A stretch of 64,000 bases of DNA. Source: Raillietiella orientalis (lineage: Eukaryota). A program made the position numbers and the translations under genes. This document shows positions 23,700-35,960 of this stretch, one piece after another. Position 1 is the stretch's first letter; each line of letters begins with the position of its first letter. The notes beneath the pieces are model-generated. The model searched no databases. It had not been told where the DNA came from and was given only the letters and a program-made list of their open reading frames with translations. Location of the stretch: assembly GCA_036172245.1 (NCBI GenBank), contig JAYWIR010000030.1:310001-374000 (forward strand). The letters are read 5' to 3'.

Positions 23700-24872
23700 G
23701 TACAGGACTGCTGCTGGTTGGCCTCACTTGGAAGAAGAAACGAAGGAAGAGATCGTGGGCATCCAGCGCCGGCTTTGAAATGACGGAACGGCAGACACCG
23801 GTGACCCTTGTCCTTTGTCTCCCTTTATTTTTTTTATTTTTTGTCTCATTCCCCAGTCTTTTTCGCTCTGTAACTTTCCCGGTTTTCTTTGTTTTGACCC
23901 CAGTAGATAGAGAGGGAACTCAAAGATCCCTGCCCCAACCCTCCGCATTTCTTTTTGTTGTTGTTGTTGTTTCTCCTCCCCTCCTTCATTCCAGACTTTT
24001 AAATATCCCGACCTGCGTGTCGGTGGCCCCCTCCCGGTCAACTTTTTGCCTTCGGTTGGAAACGGCGTTCCCAACTGGTTTGTATGTATAAAATAAACGC
24101 CCGGCGTGACCAGGAGAAACACCTCATCGTCCGCCTGCTGTCGGGAGACAAGTAGGCACAGGTGCATCGCCCCCGAAGAACTAGTGATCCCTCCCTCACG
24201 TGTGAACACCTCAGTGTTCCCCCTTATCTGAAAACAGGATGTGATCTTGATCTTGCTGGTGCATTGTGGCTTCCATTGCAACCAGCGCACGAACCTTGTT
24301 TCCAGGGAGTTCCCGAACTGTGGACGGAGCAGCGGAAACGCTCCCGCACCTGCCCTTCGACTGCGGTGTCCTCCAAGGACTGTGGCGGAGGCTGGCATCA
24401 GCATCTCTTGCACCAGGGGGACACCGCAAGGATGTTGATGCGCCGCTTCTTCACGCCAGACGGCCTGTCGTCAGCCGCGGTTGTCGCAACGGTCTGTCGC
24501 ATCCGCGCCATCGACAAGGCCCACCGACAGCTGGAGTCGCAGGCGATTCGTCGAGAGGCCACCGCAATCGCCGACGACAACATGACGACGGCTGCGAGGT
24601 GAACTCACCTTCCAGAAGACGTGAGGAAGGAGATCTCCGGCATCCAACGCCGGTTCTAAAACGAAAGAACGACCGAAGCCAAGGAGGACCCTGTCCCCCT
24701 CATATGTTTATTCATATTTTTTTATATATATTTATTTATCCCTCCTCTTCCGGACTGTCGGTTTTACCGGCAGCGTGTCGGGGAGCCCTCCCTTCGATCT
24801 TCTGTACCCTTTGTCTGGGAACTTTTGTTCTCGGATGGTTTTTAAATAAACGCTCCTGCGCAACCGGGTGAA
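23700..24872 (+). mobile_element. Two tandem LINE 3' ends
   Basis: Termini AATAAACGCCCGGCGTGACCAGG (about 24092) and AATAAACGCTCCTGCGCAACCGGG (about 24845); zf-RVT segment between them. Confidence 0.85.
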
Positions 24873-25924
24873 AATCAGTCTGTTCCATCAAGAGAGCAAA
24901 ACTCTTTTAAGACTTCGGTCCTAAGAGACAATGGAAGAAGTTGTAAAATGTGCTTTCAAGTGCACTTTGAAGAACTTTATACCGAGAATTGTAACTGAAT
25001 GAAATGGAATGCGCTGCTCGGTTTGAGTGCGTTTAACGAAAAATGGGATTTTGGTTCCTCAAAAGTTTTGCCTGAAAAGAGTGGTTCCTAACGATTTGAG
25101 CACAATTTTCAAAGGGAGTATATATCACATAGAGCAACATAAAAATCATCAGATCAGCAGAAACAGGAGTGCTTCCTGTTCAGAAAGGAAGATAAACGGA
25201 AGGATGGAATCTTTGTATGTAAGTGGGTTCTCCTTCATGGAGTTTCAAGTCCAGAATAGTCAAGAACTGTCCATCAGGAAGGATATGTTCTCTAAACCAG
25301 CACTCCCCTGAATTTAGGCACAAGGAAATGCAACGAAACCGGAATCGTCATGGATCGTGATAATCCATCAGGGATGGAAAACGCGTAGAAAAGACACATT
25401 TGCAGTGCGCCTGACACGTTTAAACAAAGCCATTAGGATTGGAAAAACCATATGAGAATCTATAGGAAATGATACTCCCGCTCCAGTTTTCCATTTGATG
25501 GAGTGGAATCGACTGCCATATATGAATGCGATGTCAGTTTTCCGTTTTCTCGCCTACGCTGCAAATGCGTTGCACATCTCATTTACGGCGCCATCCATCA
25601 CACCACGCGTTCAGAAGAGTTCTTTGCAGTGCTTCACACCACCTGCGTGCACTGCGAACGACTGCCGAGGGCATGGCGCAAGGAAGGAAAACGTTCTTCC
25701 GTCGGAGGTGTCCATTCGAGCAGTCCAGTCGTACCGCTGGAGTCAACGTTAAGAATCGCGCCTCCAGCTGCTTTGAAGGTCTCTCGTGCTTTATGCAAAT
25801 GGCTGCGTGCTTTCTTTCGCGCAAGAAAAAAGCTAGGGCGCAAATGTGCACGTATTCGTGCACGGCTAGAAGTTTTCTGAATTTGTGTACACTAGTTAAA
25901 GTAGTACACTGTTAGGAAACTTGC

Positions 25925-26848
25925 CAACAGGTTGATGGGCCACATCAAGATCACCACAAAGAATGACAGGTTTGGAAGAATCCAATTTCTGAAGATACGT
26001 TAGGAAGCTGTCATTCCATTTCAGTCGATAATCTAGGTTTTTCAGGCCCCGTCCGGCATTGGGGACATCTACCTAGCATGAGTACATTTTCTAAAGCATC
26101 TAATTACATTACATGTATTGACTAGAAAGAATGGTGGAAATTCTGCAGTGATTACTCTTCCTTCTTTGTCAAACTCTGGAATACCTATTCCATAGCTGAT
26201 GGACAGTGGCTCTGATTTGCTCAGGATGGCCACGCCAGCGTATCCCTGAGTAGCTCCTGATGACCAGTGACAATGGTAGTCTTCGATTCCTGTAAGATCA
26301 GGAATCTGGCTTTGGGAACATTTCGTTTCTTGCAGGCAGATGACATCAGGGAGCAACTGCTTCAGTGAAACAATCCCGTTTTTCTATACGGGGCTCTGCG
26401 TAATCTGTAACACGGTGGTTCTTGTTACCTTTGCACATGCTCTCAATTCGTCCACATTCCAGGACAAGATGGTTTTTACATCTGCCTTGCCGTCGGATGC
26501 AATATCTGGATGCGGTGAAACCGGTTCGTTCGCCTTGGCGGATTTATTCTTTTTCTTCGGGGCGCCTTTGTTCGCAGCATTCTTTCAAAAGGGGGTCAAA
26601 ATTCAAATTACGAATTCACTCGCAGTCGCGTTTTACGAATTCAAATTCAAAACTCTCAACTTCCGGTGAACCGAGCAACCACATGCGCGCAGCTTCCGGC
26701 AGCGGGGATGGAGGCACTCTTTTGATCCCCGTCTTTTCCCCGCGAGTATCCGTGGATTGCTCGACGCGGTGAGGATGCTGGATGCCTGCAACCGGGAAAA
26801 AGATCTTTCCATACTTACGGACAACTTTGCCTTTTTGGCCGGCGGCAT
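25925..26848 (-). pseudogene. APEX1: AP endonuclease 1 (ExoIII family), intron-containing and 3'-truncated copy
   Basis: Spliced translation: MPPAKKAK... SWNVDELRACAK|KNGIVSLKQLLPDVICLQETKC...GYAGVAILSK..P...FDKEGRVITAEF..FFLVNT|YVPNAGRGL...KPVILCGDLDVAH. One intron is 26384-26428 (45 nt). No WRLDY/SDHCP exon was found downstream. Confidence 0.85.
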
Positions 26849-27499
26849 GTCCGTCGTTGGGATCAACCGATACGCAAATGCGCGCGAAGGCCCGCAACTT
26901 GCATTCCTCGAGTACTGCAAATTCGGGGAGCCATCGGACGCCTTAGCAAGGATTTAAGAGCTAGAAACAGATAAGGCGCTTAGAAAATCTGGATCTTCAT
27001 CGAATGAACAAATGATGAATTTGGGACATGTAGCACTTATTGAGTGAAGCTTGGCCGGAATCCTCAGTACTGGATTGCAAGTCTAAATGAATGTGTTTGA
27101 TTTCGCATGAACCTTTCACCACATCTTTCATTTTGATGGTGGATTTTTCACATCTTTCGTCAGGGAAAAATTTGTTCAGGGAACCACCGTTGTCTGATTC
27201 TTTTCTCTACTTTTGGCGAGTTCTTCCCACTCCTAGAACAGCTAAAAACATTGGTATTTCAGTGGACCAGTTAGGGTATTTTCTTTCCACCGCTTTTCCA
27301 GGCAGGGCTTCTGCACACCCCGCACACGAAATTTTCCATTCTTATTTCCAGCATATTTGTACAGATCCGCGCTGCTCCTTGCTCTCTATGATACCCTCGA
27401 CTGGGGACATGGCAACGTTCCTCTTCGTTCTTTTTGTGCTGGTCGTTGCGCGGATGAAACGAGAAAGCGCACAACTGCACAAGGTGCCGGGAAGAGGAG

Positions 27500-28620
27500 A
27501 CTGTGGACCGCAGTGCCCCCTGGCAGTAGTCGGCAATGCCTCTCGGATGCCCTGCTTCACCAAGAGGATAACCAGCTTTAACGTGTGGCGGCAGGAGACG
27601 CTATCGCCCTGGGCAAGCATGAGGAAGGGTCTCTTGTGGAACTCCTTTGCGTGCACCTCTCACCATACTGTCCGGTGGAGGATGTGCTTCAGGACCAGCA
27701 CAAGTAAACTCGCCCGGCCTTTGTCCCTTGCCGCAGTGCCGTCTGCCCTTAGGGAAAGCGATAACAGTTGTCTATCGGCGGGGTGGAACAGCTCCTGCAC
27801 GCTTGCTGGAGAAACAAGATCGTTGATCGTCTGGAGGACGAGCGAGCTGGCAGACGCTGCCACTCCTCGTAATTGTGCGAAGGGACTCCTTCGGTGGAGC
27901 GGACTCCTGAGTGTGCCCCCCGAAGAACTTGTGATCCCCTCCTCGTGCGTGGACACGTCTGTGTTCCCCCTTCGATGGAAGCAGGACGTGCTTCTGCTGC
28001 TGCATTGGGGTCTCTATTGCAATCAGTTTGCGAACCTAGTTTCCGGGGGAGTTGCGTCCGCGAACTGTGAAAGGTGCGAAGCAGTGGAATCGCTCTCGCA
28101 TCGGCTCTTCGACTGCGGTGACCTTCAAAAACTGTGGCGGAGGCTACCTGCAGCACTCCTGCACCAGGGGGACACCGCCATCGACGTGATGCGGCGGTTC
28201 TTCACGCGTGGCGGCCTCTCCCTAGGTGCGGTTATCGCAACGATCTGTTGCATCCGTGCCATCGTCATGACCAGGCACTTGTTTGAGTTGCGGGCAGCCC
28301 CAACAGAGGTCACCAGGACTGCAGCCTCTAATATATGCATGGCTTCCAGGTGGCCTCACATCAGTGAGAAAGTCAGAAAGGAGATCTCTGGTATGCAGCA
28401 CCATCCATTGGAAGAAATTCAAAAGAAGGAATGGCCGAAACCACAGACCCCTGTTCCCTATCCTCCCATTTCTTTTTGCATTTATTTTTTTGTCCTTTTC
28501 CTCCCGTTCCGAACCTTCAGTATGCGTGTCGGAGGCCTTCCCTTTGAACTTCTCGTCCCTTTGCCTGGGAACTTTGTTCCCAGATGCTTTGTTCAAAGGT
28601 CCCGGCACACCAGGTAAGAA
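27500..28620 (+). mobile_element. LINE ORF2 C-terminal region, open frame, plus 3' UTR
   Basis: WRTSELADAATP..GLLRWSGLL..PPEEL..LHWGLYCN..ANCERCEAVESLSHRLFDC within the 508-aa ORF. Confidence 0.9.
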
Positions 28621-30009
28621 ACGAGGACATCCTCAAGAGGTTGCTGCATCGCTTCTCAGGGTCTCAGAAACCTTGCTGGAGCGATCTAAACAAAATTAAG
28701 GAGGATCGTTTCCGAAAGGTTTCCTGTCTAGAGTATCCAGAACGTCACCGCAAAGAGGGATGGGTAGAAAAGCTTTTCACAGGTAACCTCACATCGAGCG
28801 TAGCGGAAGATGCTTCTTACATGTTCCGGCAGAGCGCGAGTCTGCCCTCGGGGAAAAGGAGGCACCGGCTTCTTTCAAATTTTCATCATGGACCCTCGGC
28901 AGTGGTCTGCGTCCTGTACTGACACAATTTTCCTCGTACTTTTCCTCGAGAGTCTTCGGGCTGTAGTAGAGTTCCCGTACACCGAGGAACATAACTAAAA
29001 ACGAACCATCTTCGTTCCCACCGCAAGAAAGGATGAAACCCTGACGTCCAGCTTCCTCCTCGTTTGCGGAAGATGCTGGATCTTCATCCCCTTCAGATTC
29101 AAGTTGAGAGGATTTTTTTCTATTCTTTGACTGTACCGACGTGTGCTTTTTCGGTAGGTTTAGCGAAGCTGAGATGGAGGCAAAGCTCTGGATGAGATTT
29201 GACCTTACGGGACAGAGATGCTGTTCCTCTCCTCCCTAGGTGAGCTCTTTAGGAAGAGGAGGTCCTTTCCGGCAGAACGCTGGACCAGAATTCACGATTG
29301 CTGCTTCCCCGTCATGACGGCTAACTGCCATATTGATATCCCATATTACCAGCTCATCCCGTGAAAGACCAGGTGTAGACCGACCTTGCCTTCAGCCTCC
29401 AGAAGCTGAGTTCCTTGATGGTGCTGCAGACTGGGACTCCGTCCAGCACAGAAACCAGCAGATTCCGACTGTTTCGAGAGAACGAAGGCACCTCGGGAGG
29501 AGAGCTGGAGTTCTGAACTATCTGAAACATTGAAGTTTTTTAGTTGACGGTACGACACGTTCCGCGGGACCCAATGAGGAAACAAGTAGGAGGAGTATGA
29601 AAGGGAGATGGAATCTATAAAATGGAATCTGGGTTTCAGATTTAACCTTACTCTTTAACTTTCTTATGAGAGCTTACCACCGAACCGAGCCACCTGCTCT
29701 AAAGGCAGTAAGATATCCGGAGTCGAAGGTCAGCCTATCCGTAGGATAGCTCCAGAAAGAAGCCATCGCTTTCACTGACGAGGGCAGGATTGAACTATCC
29801 AGGTGCGTTCTCTCTGAGTAGTTCATGCATCCTCCAAACGGTTTCCTCTATTTCCCGGTAATCCCATCTCACAATGCAAGTACAGTTTTCCCCGTTGAAA
29901 TTCCAGTCGAAATCCTCGTGACTGCGACAACAGAAGTTCTCTTCGGTTCCAGGTGCTTTCCCTTCGCTTCTCTCATTCGCGACAGCTCCTTCCTCCCAGT
30001 CCACTTGGT

Positions 30010-31230
30010 TTGACATCCGGTGACGTCGGGGAGTTTATCATAAAAATAATAAACACACATGTGTGCGGGAAACTGCTCTACATTGTACGAAAATGTTAGG
30101 AGTCTTCCGAGCAACCGGCACGCAGGCCGAGGGGGTTCGCCTTGACAGCGGAGGGGCAAAAAATATATATATATATACCAAAAATGGGGAGGGTTAGGGA
30201 AAGGATCACCAGGTGCTGGAGGGCGTCCTCTGCATCCTTTCCAGGATGCCGGTAAGTTCCTTCTGAGTATGTCCCAGGTGGGGCCATCTTGCTGCCGTCC
30301 TCAGGAAGCGCAGGGAGAAGCAGATGTCGTCCCTATCGCGCCGTCCTCTTTTAGGTCCGCAGGACGCCACAATTCCGCGTAGGCAACAGCAGAGAGCTGC
30401 TGAGGATGTGGCAGATGAAAGCACATCGCTCACGAAGAAGCACTTCTCCACGTCTGTGGGATTGTCCGTCTGTACACCAATGGCTGTTGCGTAACGCAAC
30501 CACAGGGGCCGGAGGACAGCACAGACTGAAATCGAGTGCGGGAGGGATTCCCGTTTCCCGCACTAGCAATAGTTGGGATCTACAGCCCCCCGGGTCCAGT
30601 GAGACTGGCGGGTGTTGCATGGAAGACTCCAGTGCAACAGCGGAAATGCTAACTCCTGCCACTTCAAGGGGAGCGCTCGATTGTTCTTCAATGCTGGGGA
30701 CCACTCGAGCTCTTCCTGTGGGATTCCCAGTAGCTAACCCCAGCGCAATAGTCCTTTCGGTCGCAGCGTCCGCGAGCCCACGTGAGGTCCGTGGTCTAGC
30801 CACCTAATTTCTCCGTCCGAAGACCTATTTCGCAACTGACCTCCCATTTCGCCGGCTGGTTACTGCCCAGCTGCTCCCTGAGGAAGGACAGTGCTGCGGC
30901 TAGGGAGATTCTCTGCACCCACGCACACGTGGTGGACTGCACGATGACGTCTGCAGCGAGTGGTTGCTGTAAAAGGAGTACAGCAGTCGCTGCCGCATCT
31001 CCGGGCTCGCTTCGTCTTGGCCCATATGCGAACGGTTTCTGCAACCAGGCACTACCATTCTTTGATCCAGCTGTTGGTCCTGGTCAGCTTGGCCACTCGC
31101 CAGAGCTCCAGTCCGCAGCTAGACACGTTGCGTCTGCGCTGCCGTGCCAGAAACGAAAACAATCCCACGTAGCTGGTGGCTCTCTTGACCAGTCAGCGTG
31201 AGGGCTCACATCAGTTCGTGCTGCAAAGCT
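30010..31230 (-). mobile_element. LINE C-terminal fragment plus 3' UTR
   Basis: WLQKPFAY, AKWEVSC, LADAAT, LRTAARWPHL; terminal hairpin at about 30014-30040. Confidence 0.85.
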
Positions 31231-31239
31231 TCGCCACTA

Positions 31240-31650
31240 TCCGGTCCACTTGCAGTCACCATCCCTGTTTTATAGGGAGCACCTTTATCGGAATTTTTGT
31301 ATCACGTGAGGTGTGGAGATTTATCTGCTGTAAAGGGGGTTCGTCACAACTTCCATTGCTTCCTCATCTGCTATCGACCAAGGACATTGTCCACACGATG
31401 TTCCCGATTCACGTCCAATTCCTAGGAGATGCTTTCAAAAGAGGTCCCAGAAGAGTCGGAAGTCGAAAGTCCACACCATCTCACTCCTGATGTGTACCGC
31501 CGAAGCAGGTACACATCAGGAGTATGCCTCCTGGACTCAAAGGATCTCAAGCACTCTTTAGTGCAGCATCGCTCCCAAGTGCCCCGCGCTGAATACTCCT
31601 GTTGACGAAAGCAATCCTCTGGAAAATGGAATCCAGGGAAAGACAAGACT
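31240..31650 (-). mobile_element. Possible RT remnant of a different non-LTR clade (R2/HERO-like)
   Basis: FVNRSIQRGALG, MVWTFD..FESIS and PIKQG in order; a related piece (RIRNWIMENEVIGAKQKGFL) lies at about 32250-32320. Confidence 0.35.
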
Positions 31651-32084
31651 ACCGTACAAGAGAAGACAAAGTTCCCTCATCGACTCCTTTTTTTCATTCT
31701 ATAGCACTCCTCCGATAGAGCATTACAGGACTTGTGAACCCCATCAGGAATGTGGCGCTGAGAAACTGGGGCCTGATGATTTCACGTCGATGAACCCTGA
31801 GACGTTCCTTAAGATTCTTTCTGACGCTTGGTTTCAGGACCAAAGTTTCTTGCTCACATCTATAAGGTTCCAGCACATGGAAAAGCTCGGCGGCATGACT
31901 GGAAGAATCATGTCAAGCACGAGAACTTCGGAGCAGGAGACTGTCTTACCGACCAAGGAGTTTTGGCTGACGACTGGATTATCATCCGGGTGCACAGAGG
32001 CGTTTCTTTCATATGAAAAATAAGCATTTACAATCCCTGTGGTTTGACAGTGGCCCAACCACGTTCTTTTGAGATCAAACCTGC

Positions 32085-33100
32085 CTAGTTACCGGTGCGC
32101 AGACCGGTGAGGGCCACCACGGCAGCAGAGGGGAAGGGGCAAGCAAAAAGAAAAGAAACAGAAATAAAAATAAAAACAATTCTTGAAGGGAGGGTGAGAG
32201 AAGGGATCACTGTTCACTGGCGGCGGTCCTATCTGTCCAAGCACCCTGCAAAAGGATAGGAAGCCCTTCTGTTTAGCACCAATCACTTCGTTCTCCATGA
32301 TCCAATTTCTAATTCTGGAGGCCAGGCACTGCATCCTTTCGAGGATGCTCGCAAGTTCTTCCTGGATGACGTTTTCAGGTGGGGCCATCTTGTTGCCATC
32401 CTCATGAAGTGGATGGCAAAGTGGGTGGCATCCCTGTCGCTGGGTCCTCCTCTGGCGTCGCTACAATCTCGCGGAGGTAGCAAGGAACTTCTACTGCTGC
32501 CGGCCCAAGGGCGTCGCGTAGGAGCAGAGGTCTTAAAGCATCTTTGGAGCTTTTGCCGCGGTTCCTAGGGTAGCGGCAAAGCGTTCCCAGAGGGGCCGAA
32601 GGGCAACAACACAATCCACAAGCAAGTGCGGGAAAAATTCGAGCTCCCCACACATGCCACAGTTCGGGTCCACACACCTCCGTGTCCAGTGATGCCGGCG
32701 GGGGGTCTTACACGGGAGACCCTGGTGCAGCAGCATCAATGCGGAGTCCTGTCACTTCAAGGGTCCCTACCCTTAAAGTGCTCAAGAGCACTGGGAACCA
32801 CTGCGGATCCTTCTCCTGAATATACAGTAGCTCGCCCCAGTGCAAAAGTCCTCGGAGTGGGGCACTCGAGGTCGCAGCGTCTGCAAGCTGGCTCGTTGTC
32901 CAGTCCTTTTCGCCTTCCAGAGATATTCACAGTAACCTCCTACCTAGCTGCAAGGCTGCTGTTCGTATGTTCCCTTAGGCATACGGCAGCGCTTTGGCAA
33001 GCGAGGTTCTTTCTGCCCACGCATTTTCCCCTGGACCTTTGGCTGAGGACTGCAGGTCGTATATACGGAAACAGTCTAAGGACAGGAGAGCAGAGGGGTG
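32085..33100 (-). mobile_element. LINE C-terminal fragment plus 3' UTR
   Basis: HHWTRRCVDPNCGMCGELEFFPHLLVDC, RMATRWPHL, structured 3' UTR. Confidence 0.88.
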
Positions 33101-33499
33101 CTAAGAGAAACTGCTATCTTTATCAAACACAGGAAAGCTGAGGGTGGCCTTCATCTACATGCGACGTAGTCGCGACCCTTACTAAGAACACATTCTGAGT
33201 CATCGGCAAGAATGACAATTGCGAGTGAGCCATCTAGAGGGTGACCGGATGGTGGGAATAACGGAGTGTATCATTTATTCCATGTGTCCAATCTGAGGGA
33301 TTACGGTCAGAGCGAGCAGCTGACGGGGATTTCAACTCACGCCTTCTGGATCAGTGCTGGAAGCAGGAGCACGGCGATTATCAAATCAGAGCATTCGGAC
33401 AACTCAAAAAAAAAGTCGCCGCCATTCTCACTGCAGGAGGAGAAAACAGGCATAACTCGTAACAGGGAAACTTTAGTAAGTGTTGGGCAATCCTTAAAC

Positions 33500-35960
33500 A
33501 AAGTTGGTTCCCAGAACTGCGTATCGGGTGCGTCTCACGTCCTTCGGACACTTGTCCTCTCATTGGACATTTGGGAGCGTGAATGCCCACTGTACAGAGT
33601 ACAGCAAAAGGGAAACCTTTCCGCACCCAATCATAGACTGTGTCGACCTCCGTGCCCTTTGGGATCGACTCTCGTTGATCCTCAAAATCCCGGTAGGCGA
33701 CTCTAGAAACATTTTCCGGCGTCTCTTCATTCGCGACACCCTATCCCCTGCCGCGTTTCTAGCAGCTCTCTGCTGTGTGTGTGGAATCGTGGCAAAGTGG
33801 AATGCCAAAAGGAGAGGCCACAATAGCAGGAATGCCATCCACTTGGAGGGAATCTTCTTGAACACCGCTTCCCGATGGTCCTAACTTCAAGCCACAAAAA
33901 CAGAGCTTGTCAGCATCCGTAACGGCACGCAGAGGACGTCTCCTGGGGAAGAATGAGCCCTCCTCTCCCCAAGAAACTTCCCCTCTTTTTTTCTCTCTCA
34001 TTTTTTGTTTATTTGTTTTTTGTTTGGTTTTCCCTTCTCTTTCGCGGCTGGAGCGGACCTCACCGGTCTGCGTGCCGGTTTTTGGCAAGTCCTCCGCGCG
34101 CGATATCGAAAAAATTACGACTTTATTAGAAAATTTTTTTTATAAACTTTTAATAATAAATGCCCCGGCAAATCCAAGTTACAAACGTCCCTCGGTACCA
34201 CGAGACCTCATTCTCGAGGTCTCCAACAGACGACATTTTCTTCCCCGTAGTGCGCACAACTGGTGATCTCCCGCCTTCGCCAACTTCGTCCACGAGATGA
34301 GCGCGCCATTTTGCCATTGCCAAAACAAAGAAGAGGTGGTCCCTCACCCCCTGGGCAGAACCATGAATCTGCTGTGGGTTTCGTTCATTCCCCTTGCCTC
34401 AGTGCTGCTCTCCTTATGGGAAGCAAAGGACAGCAAACTTTCTGCAAGATGGGAGGTGACGTACACAATAAACGACAGAAAGAAACATTTAAGTGCATGG
34501 ACAACTCGGGAGCTTACAGACGCTACCATCCCGAGTGTCCCACCCAAAGACTGCTAAGCTAGGAAGAGCTGCTAAGAATTCCTCTGGAGAAGGTGAAATG
34601 GCCCCCAGCATGCTTGAACGATGGCGCCCTCCCACTCAAGTGGCAGGAATCGACGATCCTTTTGTTGCATTGGGGCGTCCCGTGCAACGCCCGTCGACAT
34701 CATTGGACCCGAAGGGAGTGTAAGCCCGAACTGCAAGAGGCGCAAAGAGTCCCTTCCGCACTTGCTCATGGATTGTGCTGCCCTCCTTCCCCTTTGACAG
34801 CGCTTTTTCTCATCCCTGCGGATCCCCGAGGGCAACCCCAGAGTCGTTTTGAGGCTCCTCTTCCTGCGAGACGCCCTCATGCGGCCGTATCCATAACAGC
34901 ACTTTGCTGCCTACGCAAGATGATGGCTGCATTGAGCAACATAATAGGAGGTCAAAATGATAGGCACTATTTTGCCATCTTCTCCATGAGGATAGAGTCA
35001 AGAGGGTCCCATCCAGGAATCATGAAACAGGAACTTGCCGGCATCTTTATAAGGATGCAGAAGACGCCCTCCAGCAGAAAATGAATTCCTTCACGAACCC
35101 TTCCAATTTTTTTGTGTATATTTTTTTGTTCTATTTTAATTTTTGCTTTTTTCCTTTCACCTCTGCTGCCGAGGCGAACCTCTCTGTCCAGCGTACCGGT
35201 TTTCAGCAGGTTCTTCTTAGTATACTTATAACGTGGCAGCACGCTTGTTCCTGCCACGTTATAAGACTGCAGTGGCAGGACCAAGCGTCCTACCACTGAC
35301 TTGAATGTTTAATACTTTTTACATAAATGAACGCCACGGCGCAACCGGGTGTCAAGGAAAGCAAGAGGAAGTGTTTGGCTGCCTTCTGATGGAGCAGAAG
35401 ATGGTCAGGCGAATCGCATCATTATGCACGCGAACACAAACAAGGTGAGCTCCTTGACAGCCGGTGCATTTCGATTCCGGCTTGACATCAGCGCGTGGCA
35501 CCAGCCTGACTTCCAGCAGTTCCGTATCCAAGACAGAACAAACTTTTAAGCGCGTGGACAACTAGGCAGCTAGCAGACGCTGTGACCCCGAGTATCCCGT
35601 CGAGAGGACTTGTACGCTTGTGTGAGCAGCCCACGATACCTCCGGAGGAGGTGAAGTGGCCCCCAGCGTGTTAGTGCACTGGCATTTTATCTCTGGAGTG
35701 GCAGTTTGCAGCGTTGCTGTTGTTGCATTGGGGAACCCCATGCAAAGCGCACCTATCTCATTGGACAAGGGGGAGCGTCGATGTCCATTGTACAGAGTGC
35801 GGCAAGAAGGAGACCTTTCGGCACTTATGGTTAGACTGTTCTGCCCTTCGGCCCCTTTGAAATGGTCTCTCGACGATCCTAGGAAAACCGGAGGGCAAAC
35901 CAAGGGACATTTTCCGACTCCTCCTCCGGCGTACCGATCTGCCGCCAGACGCGTCCTTAG
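33500..35960 (+). mobile_element. Series of LINE 3' fragments
   Basis: Repeated zf-RVT C-termini (33500-33880, 34350-35080, 35560-35960) with 3' UTRs ending near 34170 and 35352. Confidence 0.85.

Noticed and set aside
27091..28617. 508-aa ORF as a host gene
   Set aside because: The core is LINE ORF2 C-terminus; the flanks are fortuitous read-through into upstream DNA and the 3' UTR.
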